Positions 1 through 7,866 of a stretch of DNA of 20,000 nucleotides are shown here, one piece after another. Both the position numbers and the translations under genes were made by a program. How positions within the stretch are numbered: the first letter of the stretch is position 1; every line of letters starts with the position of its first letter. Source of the stretch: an uncultured virus (IMG/VR IMGVR_UViG_3300025879_000013) (Duplodnaviria; Heunggongvirae; Uroviricota; Caudoviricetes); the IMG/VR virus record IMGVR_UViG_3300025879_000013, one strand, 5' to 3'. Below the pieces are notes generated by a model, which worked only from the letters and a program-made list of their open reading frames with translations, was not told the DNA's origin and ran no database searches.

Positions 1-1506
1 ATACCTGAAAAAATATACGTTGAAAAAATATTGGTGGAAAAGGATAAATCATTCCATATTTGGGGTAAAGTTTTTGAAAATCAACAATTACATGATTTTT
101 GGTTGCCAAAAGTTGCTTTAATACCAACACAAAATGTTAAAGAGGTTTCAATTGATTATGAAAAATATTCTCATCGACCACCCCTGTCTCACCAAAAAGA
201 AGCAATAGAAACATTAGCGTCTCACGACAAATATATTCTTGCTGATGACATGGGATTAGGTAAAACCACATCTACTGTGATTGCAGCCTTAGAGTCAGGG
301 GCGGAGAGGGTATTAATTGTGTGTCCCGCATCTTTGAAAATAAATTGGATGAGGGAGATTGAAAATTATACAGACAAATCCATTTCAATAATTGAAGGGA
401 AAAAATGGGAATCCGCTGATTTTGTTATTATTAACTACGACATTTTAAAGAATTTTCACGATATCAAAAACAAAGAAGAATCAATCATTATGCAAGAAGG
501 TTTTGATTTAGTTGTTGTTGATGAAGCACATTATATTCAAAATGTCCAAGCTAAAAGAACAAAGTTAATTAATGATATTATCAACAGAATCGGTAAGGTG
601 TGGTTATTAACGGGGACCCCTATGACCTCACGACCAATTAATTATTATAACTTACTTAATTTGGTTGAGTCACCAGTGGCTTATAATTGGATGGCGTATG
701 TTATTCGTTATTGTGAGGGATACCAATTTAATGTGGGTAGTAGAAAAGTGTGGAATGTAAACGGTTCGTCAAATCTTTTAGAATTGAGGGACCGAACAAA
801 AACACACGTTTTAAGAAGACTAAAAGAAGACATCTTAGATTTACCTGATAAAATTTTGACACCTGTTTATTTAAATTTAAAGTCAAAAGAATATGAAGAA
901 TTGATGGGTGAGTATTATGATTGGATAGAAGATGAAAGTGAAAAGAAATCTCTTACCGTTCAATTTTCAAAACTTATGAAAGTTCGTCAGGTAATTGCGG
1001 AGAATAAAATAAAAGAAACTTGTGAAATCGCAGAGAACATTATTGAACAAGGTAAGAAAGTAATCATCTTTACAAACTTTACTGATACCTTAAATCAAAT
1101 TGCTAACCATTTTGGTAAGTCTGCAGTTAAACTTGATGGTAAAATGAGTAAACCAGCTCGTCAACACTCTGTTGACCAATTTCAAGAAAACGACAAAATA
1201 AAAGTGTTTGTTGGAAACTTGAAAGCGGCTGGTGTTGGTATAACATTAACCGCAGCAGAGGCGGTAATAATGAATGACCTATCGTTTGTCCCGTCAGACC
1301 ACTCACAAGCAGAAGACAGAGCCTATCGTTACGGACAAAAATCAAACGTGTCCGTTTTTTATCCAATTTTTGAAAATTCAATCGAAGGTATTATCTATGA
1401 CATATTGTCTCAAAAAAAGAACATATTTGAGACAGTTATGGGTGATAACGAAGGGAAAGGTGATATTATGGAAGAAATCATCAATGAAATTTCAGTTAGA
1501 AGGTAA
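1..1506 (+). CDS. SNF2-family (SWI2/SNF2, SMARCAL1/HARP-like) ATP-dependent helicase, 5'-truncated by the window edge
   Basis: Motifs: LADDMGLGKT (Walker A), LIVCPASL (Ia), VVVDEAH (Walker B), LLTGTP (III), GVGITLTAA (V), QAEDRAYRYGQ (VI). Frame 1 is open from base 1, so the true start probably lies upstream. Stop TAA at 1504-1506. Confidence 0.93.
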   Translation: MPEKIYVEKILVEKDKSFHIWGKVFENQQLHDFWLPKVALIPTQNVKEVSIDYEKYSHRPPLSHQKEAIETLASHDKYILADDMGLGKTTSTVIAALESGAERVLIVCPASLKINWMREIENYTDKSISIIEGKKWESADFVIINYDILKNFHDIKNKEESIIMQEGFDLVVVDEAHYIQNVQAKRTKLINDIINRIGKVWLLTGTPMTSRPINYYNLLNLVESPVAYNWMAYVIRYCEGYQFNVGSRKVWNVNGSSNLLELRDRTKTHVLRRLKEDILDLPDKILTPVYLNLKSKEYEELMGEYYDWIEDESEKKSLTVQFSKLMKVRQVIAENKIKETCEIAENIIEQGKKVIIFTNFTDTLNQIANHFGKSAVKLDGKMSKPARQHSVDQFQENDKIKVFVGNLKAAGVGITLTAAEAVIMNDLSFVPSDHSQAEDRAYRYGQKSNVSVFYPIFENSIEGIIYDILSQKKNIFETVMGDNEGKGDIMEEIINEISVRR

Positions 1507-1523
1507 AAATTGATTCTCTGTGT

Positions 1524-1538
1524 TATTTATATAGAAAA
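1524..1538 (+). promoter_or_regulatory. Putative phage late promoter (TATTTATATAGAAAA)
   Basis: Exact 15-mer repeated at 3132-3146; starts 23 bp upstream of the SOD-fusion ATG in a 40-bp intergenic gap. Confidence 0.7.
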
Positions 1539-1546
1539 TAACAAAT

Positions 1547-3112
1547 ATGAAGTTCAGAAGATTAGAAGAAAAAATCTCATTAATTGAACATAAAATTAAT
1601 CAAAGCCAAGACACTCAAACACTATTGAGAGAAATGTCTGAGCAAATCCCTAAAGAAATTTTAACTGAAATGAAAAAAATTGGTATTGAAAAATTGCCTT
1701 ACTCCTATTCTGCCCTCGAAAGATTCATAGACGCAGATACTATGGACACACACTACAACAAACACTACAAAGGGTATGTAAAAAAATTAAATGACGCTCT
1801 TTCAAAAAGAAAAGACGGTGATTTAGAATTAGAACAAATCATAAAAGGTATCTCAAGATACAACACAACAATTAGAAATAACGCTGGTGGGGCGTTTAAT
1901 CACGCACTATTTTGGAAAATGTTATCGCCTAAAAAACAAAGAGCACAGGGTGAAGTTTATGAAAAAATTGTTAAAGATTTTGAAAACTTTTCTAAATTTA
2001 AATCAATATTCAGTAATGAAGCTAAGAAAAGATTCGGTTCTGGATGGGTATGGTTAGTATTAACCAAATCAAATAGATTAAAAATTATGTCTACACCTAA
2101 TCAAGATAACCCATTGATGAATATAGTTAAAGATGGTGGTTTCCCAATTTTAGGTTTAGACGTATGGGAACACGCATATTATTTAAAGTATAAAAATAAA
2201 AGAGATGATTATATTAGAAACTTTTGGTCCGTTATTAATTGGGATTTTGTTAATGACTTATATAAGTTGAGGACAGAAAAAAAAATTAATGAAGTAAAAA
2301 AAGTTAAAAGTATAATTAATGAAGGTGCAAGTGCAGGGTGTAATCGAAATCAAGTTCAGACATACCGAAGATTATTCAACACAAACCCTGAAATTAAAAA
2401 AAGATTTATGTTTACAATTATGGACATATTAAAAGAAGTTTTTGCTGACCACTGGTACGAAAAAAATCAATATAGTCAGGGTCAAATGTCGGGGGTTTAT
2501 GATTATGAACAAAAAGGTCGTTCTGTTATAAACAAATTAAACACTAATTACACGGCATTTTGTACATTAGTTAATGACATAAATCAGTTCCTAAGAAATT
2601 ATGGAATTGATGCAATTAATTTTAACAATAAAAATAATCATGCACAAGTTAAAGAAGTTGATAGATTAAACAAATATTTAGTAGAATTAAGATATAGAAT
2701 ATTTGATAGTCAATCTTCAACATTTAAAACATTAATGGCTGGTTTAGATAAGACTAATAAATTTGGTGATAAACGAGAAGTGGACGCGGTTGTTGGTCTT
2801 AAAGATATCTTTAAAACAGACAAAGTTACTAAAGTCGGTGAATTAGGTGGTGTTGATGATATGATTGGTGGTGTAGACGCAATTGTTGAACTACCTGAAG
2901 GAACTAAAACAATGCAAATAAAACCATATAACGATGTTAAGAAAGTTAATGGTAAAGTCACTGTTTACGGAACTGGTAATGTAAAACCGTATACTACTGA
3001 TTTCTTAGTATTTCATAATAATAAATTAGGGACTATAGTATTTGACAACTCAAATACAAAAATTATTGACGGTCGATACGTGTTTGACGAATCCGCGGAG
3101 TATACAAAGTAA
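1547..3112 (+). CDS. Fe/Mn superoxide dismutase (Mn-type signature) with ~45-aa N-terminal leader and ~270-aa C-terminal extension carrying a PD-(D/E)xK-like nuclease motif
   Basis: SOD domain aa ~48-241: LPYSYSALE, HYNKH (H69), NNAGGAFNHALFW (H119), FGSGWVWL, TPNQDNP, LGLDVWEHAYY (D205, H209). GG and NQD are Mn-type signatures. C-terminal part: GDKRE...DMIGGVDAIV...TMQIKP...DFLVF. SOD call is firm; the nuclease call is tentative. Confidence 0.88.
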   Translation: MKFRRLEEKISLIEHKINQSQDTQTLLREMSEQIPKEILTEMKKIGIEKLPYSYSALERFIDADTMDTHYNKHYKGYVKKLNDALSKRKDGDLELEQIIKGISRYNTTIRNNAGGAFNHALFWKMLSPKKQRAQGEVYEKIVKDFENFSKFKSIFSNEAKKRFGSGWVWLVLTKSNRLKIMSTPNQDNPLMNIVKDGGFPILGLDVWEHAYYLKYKNKRDDYIRNFWSVINWDFVNDLYKLRTEKKINEVKKVKSIINEGASAGCNRNQVQTYRRLFNTNPEIKKRFMFTIMDILKEVFADHWYEKNQYSQGQMSGVYDYEQKGRSVINKLNTNYTAFCTLVNDINQFLRNYGIDAINFNNKNNHAQVKEVDRLNKYLVELRYRIFDSQSSTFKTLMAGLDKTNKFGDKREVDAVVGLKDIFKTDKVTKVGELGGVDDMIGGVDAIVELPEGTKTMQIKPYNDVKKVNGKVTVYGTGNVKPYTTDFLVFHNNKLGTIVFDNSNTKIIDGRYVFDESAEYTK

Positions 3113-3131
3113 AGAAATGTTGTTTTCTTAA

Positions 3132-3146
3132 TATTTATATAGAAAA
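3132..3146 (+). promoter_or_regulatory. Putative phage late promoter (TATTTATATAGAAAA)
   Basis: Identical to 1524-1538; starts 21 bp upstream of the neck-protein ATG. Confidence 0.7.
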
Positions 3147-3152
3147 CACATT

Positions 3153-4265
3153 ATGTCTGTAATTAACGAACCACAAAGAACAAAACTATTTACTCGTGTA
3201 AAACACCTGTTAGGTGCCCCTATTCGTAGTGTAGAAATCGAGGATGAAATGATGGACTCACTATTAGAGTTATCAATTCAAGACTATGCACAATATGTAA
3301 ACGATTGGTTAATTGAATCTCAATGGACCTCATTATACGGAATGAACTTAGATGAACAATCCGTAACTCGTGCATTTACAACACGTTCTTTAGATTGGGA
3401 AACACAATACACCTATTCATATTCAAAAATTGTAGGTTTACAGGCTGGTGGTGATTACGTTCTTAAAAAAGACTATATTGATTTAGTTCCAGGACAACAG
3501 ATATATGAGATACCAAAAGGTAGAGAACTAAACGAACTTCTGTGGTTTAGTCGTGCAGAATTAGATGCAGCTTTCTTTGACCCATTTATGGGTGGTTTTG
3601 GAGGTATGGGTGGTGTTGGATTAGGTGGAGGTGCTGGATTCTCACAAATGGGTACTACAGGTAATTACTTTGTAACTCCGGCATTCGACATTCTACTTAG
3701 AATGCAAGACATTAATGTTAAAAGAAGAATCATTTCAGGAGAGTTAACTTATCGTGTTACTGCACTTCCAGACGGTAAAAAGGCTGTACACTTAATGAAC
3801 GTTCCTGGTGGTAAGTTTGATTTTGGTAATATTCAACACAATGAGTATCGTGTATGGTATTGGTATTATGAAACTGAAGACCGTGAAGATTGTTTATCTA
3901 AAAACCCCGATGTGGTAAGACTACCATCAGACATACCTATTGATGAAATGAAGTGGGATGAATTAAATAATCCAGCACAGACATGGGTTAGAAAATGGTT
4001 TGTTGCTTACGTAAAAGAAACATTAGGTAGAGTAAGGGGTAAATTTAGTGGTAATTTAAAGACTCCCGATTCGGAATTACAATTAGAATATGATTCATTA
4101 CTAACAGAAGCAAAAGATGAAAAATCTAAATTGTATGAGGAATTATCACAAAGACTTGAAAGATTAAGACCTGAAAAAATGATGGAAAGAGAAGCTAACG
4201 TTGCGGAAAATCTTAACAAATCGTTACAGTTCCGTGCAATGCCTCGACAAATTTATGTAATTTAA
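3153..4265 (+). CDS. Neck / head-tail adaptor protein, T4 gp13-like
   Basis: N-terminal LLGAPIRSVEIEDEMMD..LELSIQDY and C-terminal WVRKWFVAYVKETLGRVRGKF...LLTEAKDEKSKLYEEL match my recollection of the gp13 pattern (LGAP..VE; W..Y..A..KE..G). Carries a Gly-rich insert. Confidence 0.78.
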   Translation: MSVINEPQRTKLFTRVKHLLGAPIRSVEIEDEMMDSLLELSIQDYAQYVNDWLIESQWTSLYGMNLDEQSVTRAFTTRSLDWETQYTYSYSKIVGLQAGGDYVLKKDYIDLVPGQQIYEIPKGRELNELLWFSRAELDAAFFDPFMGGFGGMGGVGLGGGAGFSQMGTTGNYFVTPAFDILLRMQDINVKRRIISGELTYRVTALPDGKKAVHLMNVPGGKFDFGNIQHNEYRVWYWYYETEDREDCLSKNPDVVRLPSDIPIDEMKWDELNNPAQTWVRKWFVAYVKETLGRVRGKFSGNLKTPDSELQLEYDSLLTEAKDEKSKLYEELSQRLERLRPEKMMEREANVAENLNKSLQFRAMPRQIYVI

Positions 4266-4267
4266 TT

Positions 4268-4600
4268 ATGGGTATAGTGAAATCATACCCTGTAACAAAA
4301 ATTGTTGCGGGTAAAGAAATAAAGACATCTGATAGTATCTTATGTACTAGTAACTATTATAAAACAAATGGTGAAAGTGCTATTGTAATTAATAGTAACA
4401 CAGAATGTACATTAGTTTTAGATGAAACTACTACAGACCATGTTACTATTAAAGCCATGTCAGATGTTAAGGTCGTAACCGATAAATTAATTGACGATGA
4501 ATTTGAAGAGATTTTACTCGACAAATATTCATCTGTTGAATTACGTTATATTGTTGACAGTTGGTATATTATGTCATCTGATGGGTTAAAGAACTCATAA
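4268..4600 (+). CDS. Hypothetical beta-rich protein, possibly virion (fibre/baseplate) accessory
   Basis: Starts 2 bp after the neck gene. The ending LIDD..EEILLDKYSSVELRYIVDSWYIM resembles small beta-sandwich modules of phage fibre/baseplate proteins. Overlaps the polB 3' end by 32 bp (convergent). Confidence 0.6.
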   Translation: MGIVKSYPVTKIVAGKEIKTSDSILCTSNYYKTNGESAIVINSNTECTLVLDETTTDHVTIKAMSDVKVVTDKLIDDEFEEILLDKYSSVELRYIVDSWYIMSSDGLKNS

Positions 4601-7400
4601 TATTCTGATTCTTTTTTACGTAGTCTTTATCTACTAAATCCATAGTCCCATCTAAATACATATAATAAGGGTTAATACCTACACTACCCCAAAACTTAAC
4701 TTCCGTGTCAGAAAGAGTTAATACCTCATCTAATTCGTCTTGGTCACCATCTCTACGAGGATATCCTCTAACCAATTCGGTTTGTGTTTTAGTAAAGAAT
4801 GGTCGGTCTGATGGGTCCTCAATTAAAATCTCATCACGGATATCAGGTGAAAAAACAACCAATAGGGGTTCTATTCTTTTATTAAACGCAGCTAAATAAC
4901 GAGGAACATTATATTCACCTAACTTATCAGGTTCATTTGCAATGTCTTTATCATTAATTAAATAACAATTCAAAACAACTTCAACACCGTCAGGTGGCAT
5001 AACAACTCCGTGTTCTGATTTATATTGTCTTTTCTCAGCTGCAGTTGCGTTCCATATATTTTTCTTTTGAACATCACCGTGAGACTTCTTTTCACCGTTA
5101 TTTACATAATAAATGGTATCACCCAAACCAACAGGTAAATTATGTTTAATCGCAAGTTCCATATGAGCTTGACGAGACATAAGTGAACCTGACTTAGTTT
5201 TTTTAGTGATGTGGACTTTATACTCTTTTATTGATTGTTTTACTCTTGCCTTATTTGCAATCTTAGAAATCGGTATTTGTTGATTATAAATCTTTTCAGC
5301 ATATTCATAATAGTAATCTAAGAATTCATGACCTTTACCATCTAATAACAATCTTAATCCTTTATCTAAGAATTCAGCAACATATGTTGGTAGTTTCTTC
5401 GACTTAATCGTATTACCTGTAAGTTTTACCTTTCCTGAGTCTGTAAGAAGTGCATAGTTCTTACGAGCTACATTAATAGTTGACGGCCACACACCATCAG
5501 TATCAAGACCCATCTCACCTCTCATAAACAAATCATTATACTCGGCAACATCGGCTTCAGTTCCGTGATATGTTTTACCTTCAACAACCAAATCATTTAA
5601 CCCTTTTCCCACATAAGTGTGTTCCTCACGACCAGGTGGTGATGAGAAGTTAACACCATCCGTATCCATAACGAGTGGTTTATATCCCCTTTCCATAAAC
5701 CACATAATCATCTGACGAAGGTATTGACGACCAGTACAAGTAATCTGTTCACCCATATCCATATCACCCCACGGGAATACCTGTGGTGCGGATAACGAAC
5801 CGAAGAATGCGTTAATGAAAATCTTAATTGGTAATTGTTTACGTCCGTACTTCTTAGATTCTTTCGGGTCCGACTCATACAGTTCACCGGCAAGTTTTTT
5901 GTATTTGATACGAGTATCACGGAAATACTTCAACATACTCTTCATTGCACCTGTGACATCACACTTAGGGAACACATCGTGAACCAACTGAATAGAGGGA
6001 TAAAGAGACGAGTAGTCAAGTTTTAATACATTAGTTGAATACCCAACAGCAAGTAGACGAGAAAGTCCACCAGTGAACGGTCTTTTTTCACCTTTTTTAG
6101 GGATTGCCAGATTATTCTTATACGACCATGATGCCATAATCATTTTCCATAAAGTTGCAGTTCCCATCGTAGATAATCTTTCATATGTAGTTGGAACCAA
6201 TTTTGATAGAAGGAAGTTAGCTTGATTGAACTCTTCATCAACAACCATAGTTTCCCAAATATCATCATAAAGGTATCTCTCGATAATGTATTTACCTCCA
6301 ACCTTTTCAAATGCACCTGGAAATCTTTCCATTAGGTTTTCAGTTCCTTTTGCTCCAACTTCTTTGTAACCACCTGATTTTGGATTGAAGTAGTAATCCT
6401 TATTATCAAAATAGATTTTACCAATCTTATCACCCTCAACATAAACACGGTTTTCCTTTTCAGCTCCGATAAATTGAGTAATGTATTTAAGACCCCAACT
6501 CTTAATGTCTGAGTTAATGGCTTGTGCTCTACGAACTGCATGGGCAATATCCACAATGTTATATCCCCACATCATCGTCTGAGTATAGGGTTCCATTTCG
6601 TTTGCAAGTTTTAACATACCCTCTTTTTGTCGTAAAGACTGTTGGGGGTTTAGTGTTTTTGAAATTCTTTTTATATTAAGCCCTAAGATTTCTGCTCTAC
6701 GTAAAATAAAAGGAAAATCGAAGAAAGCTGAGTTATACCCACCAATAAGAGTTGGTTTAAGGTATGCGATTGTATCGAAGAAGTCTATGATTACTTTTCG
6801 TTCTTCTTCGTCATTTTCACAAGCAATAACTTTCTCAAAACCTTTGTTATCTTTCATTCCGATAAGGAATATTCTACTGTCCTCAGGTGATAGACCTGTG
6901 GTCTCGATATCGAATACAAATCGGTGTATTTCATCATATTCTTCAAATCCTTTGAATAGTCGTTTGTTTTTCTGAACGAGATATTGTTCTGTTGGTGGTA
7001 GAATCATAATGTGGTCTGAACTTTCTCTACCCCAAGGCTCAAGTCCACCACCTTTAAAGAAGTTTACTAAATTACTATATGATTTTGTGGTCTTAACCAA
7101 ATACTTAAGACCTTTTTCCATTCTTTCATCACCGTGGGTATCAAGTTTTTCAATGATAATACCATGCTCTGACATCGCTTGTTTCTGTGCTGCTTTTGAA
7201 CCTCTATAGAAGTTAATACCCCTAAGGTCTCCAACCCACGCAAATGGAATAAATGTGTCTGATTTAATTACTTTTCCCTGTTCGGGGTGTTGAATAACTT
7301 TGAATATTTTTCCTGAGGCGTAATCATATTCTAACGCCACAATATACTTTTCAGGGTCCTCTCCGTGAAGGAAATCTTCAATTTCTTTTTGTGATACCAT
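4569..7400 (-). CDS. Family B DNA polymerase with 3'-5' proofreading exonuclease
   Basis: ExoI FVFDIETTG, ExoII GYNSAFFDFPFI, ExoIII YLYDD; polymerase motif A LDYSSLYPS, motif B KIFINAFFG, motif C MDTDG, plus RKNYA. No intein-sized insertion evident. Confidence 0.95.
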   Translation of the reverse strand: MVSQKEIEDFLHGEDPEKYIVALEYDYASGKIFKVIQHPEQGKVIKSDTFIPFAWVGDLRGINFYRGSKAAQKQAMSEHGIIIEKLDTHGDERMEKGLKYLVKTTKSYSNLVNFFKGGGLEPWGRESSDHIMILPPTEQYLVQKNKRLFKGFEEYDEIHRFVFDIETTGLSPEDSRIFLIGMKDNKGFEKVIACENDEEERKVIIDFFDTIAYLKPTLIGGYNSAFFDFPFILRRAEILGLNIKRISKTLNPQQSLRQKEGMLKLANEMEPYTQTMMWGYNIVDIAHAVRRAQAINSDIKSWGLKYITQFIGAEKENRVYVEGDKIGKIYFDNKDYYFNPKSGGYKEVGAKGTENLMERFPGAFEKVGGKYIIERYLYDDIWETMVVDEEFNQANFLLSKLVPTTYERLSTMGTATLWKMIMASWSYKNNLAIPKKGEKRPFTGGLSRLLAVGYSTNVLKLDYSSLYPSIQLVHDVFPKCDVTGAMKSMLKYFRDTRIKYKKLAGELYESDPKESKKYGRKQLPIKIFINAFFGSLSAPQVFPWGDMDMGEQITCTGRQYLRQMIMWFMERGYKPLVMDTDGVNFSSPPGREEHTYVGKGLNDLVVEGKTYHGTEADVAEYNDLFMRGEMGLDTDGVWPSTINVARKNYALLTDSGKVKLTGNTIKSKKLPTYVAEFLDKGLRLLLDGKGHEFLDYYYEYAEKIYNQQIPISKIANKARVKQSIKEYKVHITKKTKSGSLMSRQAHMELAIKHNLPVGLGDTIYYVNNGEKKSHGDVQKKNIWNATAAEKRQYKSEHGVVMPPDGVEVVLNCYLINDKDIANEPDKLGEYNVPRYLAAFNKRIEPLLVVFSPDIRDEILIEDPSDRPFFTKTQTELVRGYPRRDGDQDELDEVLTLSDTEVKFWGSVGINPYYMYLDGTMDLVDKDYVKKNQNIMSSLTHQMT

Positions 7401-7473
7401 AATATTTGTTTTTTCGTCCGAGACATTCTACTCACATCATATTGATTGTGATTACTCTTTGACATGTGAACAA

Positions 7474-7502
7474 ATAATAAAGTAGATTAAGGAGTTTGTC
7501 AA
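7474..7502 (-). promoter_or_regulatory. Sigma70-like promoter upstream of the DNA polymerase (TTGACA-N17-TATTAT)
   Basis: Minus strand: TTGACA (7502-7497), 17-bp spacer, TATTAT (7479-7474), followed by TTGT; about 74 bp upstream of the ATG. Confidence 0.6.
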
Positions 7503-7852
7503 ATGATATTGATGTAAAGATTTTCCCTAATCGGGGCAATTAACTCACCCATCGAGTTTACAATATGGAACTCACCAATGAAACGACCCTTGTTTTTTGT
7601 ATCACGTTTACTCCATTTATAATAAATGTAATATTCTTTTGGTGCATCAGGATTTTGTTGAATCTTTTCAGTAATATATGCGTTATTCATCAAAACTTTT
7701 GGAATACCATTGCTCTCATCTTTCATAGTAAAACGAATAGTTGCAGTATCGAGGTCAGCGTCAAATATTTTATTAGCATTTGTTCTACCGTCTTTTACTA
7801 CTTGCATCTTTAAGATGGGTAACTCACTATTTTGTTTAATAAAAAATTCCAT
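7499..7852 (-). CDS. Small BppU-N-like (baseplate/fibre adaptor) protein, paralogue of the N-terminal domain of the 1421-aa protein
   Basis: MEFFIKQNSELPILKMQVVKDGR vs MEFFIRKNSTLPIIKVQVVKDGR; shared TI.F.M.DE, EYY.YY and GR(F/Y)I.EF.I.N..GE...P.R..L.IN. The paralogy is seen directly; the BppU-N family label is inferred. Confidence 0.72.
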   Translation of the reverse strand: MEFFIKQNSELPILKMQVVKDGRTNANKIFDADLDTATIRFTMKDESNGIPKVLMNNAYITEKIQQNPDAPKEYYIYYKWSKRDTKNKGRFIGEFHIVNSMGELIAPIRENLYINII

Positions 7853-7856
7853 ATTC

Positions 7857-7864
7857 TATAAATA
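7857..7864 (-). promoter_or_regulatory. Putative late promoter core TATTTATA
   Basis: Minus strand reads TAA-TG-TATTTATA-GAAT-ATG, filling most of the 14-bp gap before the 117-aa gene. Spacing (12 bp) is shorter than at the other copies. Confidence 0.55.
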
Positions 7865-7866
7865 CA

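Noticed and set aside
3112..3129. Small inverted repeat AAGAAA-tgttgt-TTTCTT after the SOD gene as a terminator
   Set aside because: 6-bp AT-rich stem with no following U-tract; too weak to call.
4705..7209. Short alternative-frame and antisense ORFs within polB (and similar ones inside other genes)
   Set aside because: Fully nested in well-supported genes, 60-95 aa, with no motifs.
4569..7400. Intein or intron in the DNA polymerase
   Set aside because: Continuous 943-aa ORF with plausibly spaced motifs; no intein splice-junction or LAGLIDADG signatures seen.
7401..7498. tRNA, riboswitch or self-cleaving ribozyme in the largest intergenic gap
   Set aside because: No cloverleaf or recognisable conserved core; only a weak hairpin, reported as a low-interest finding.
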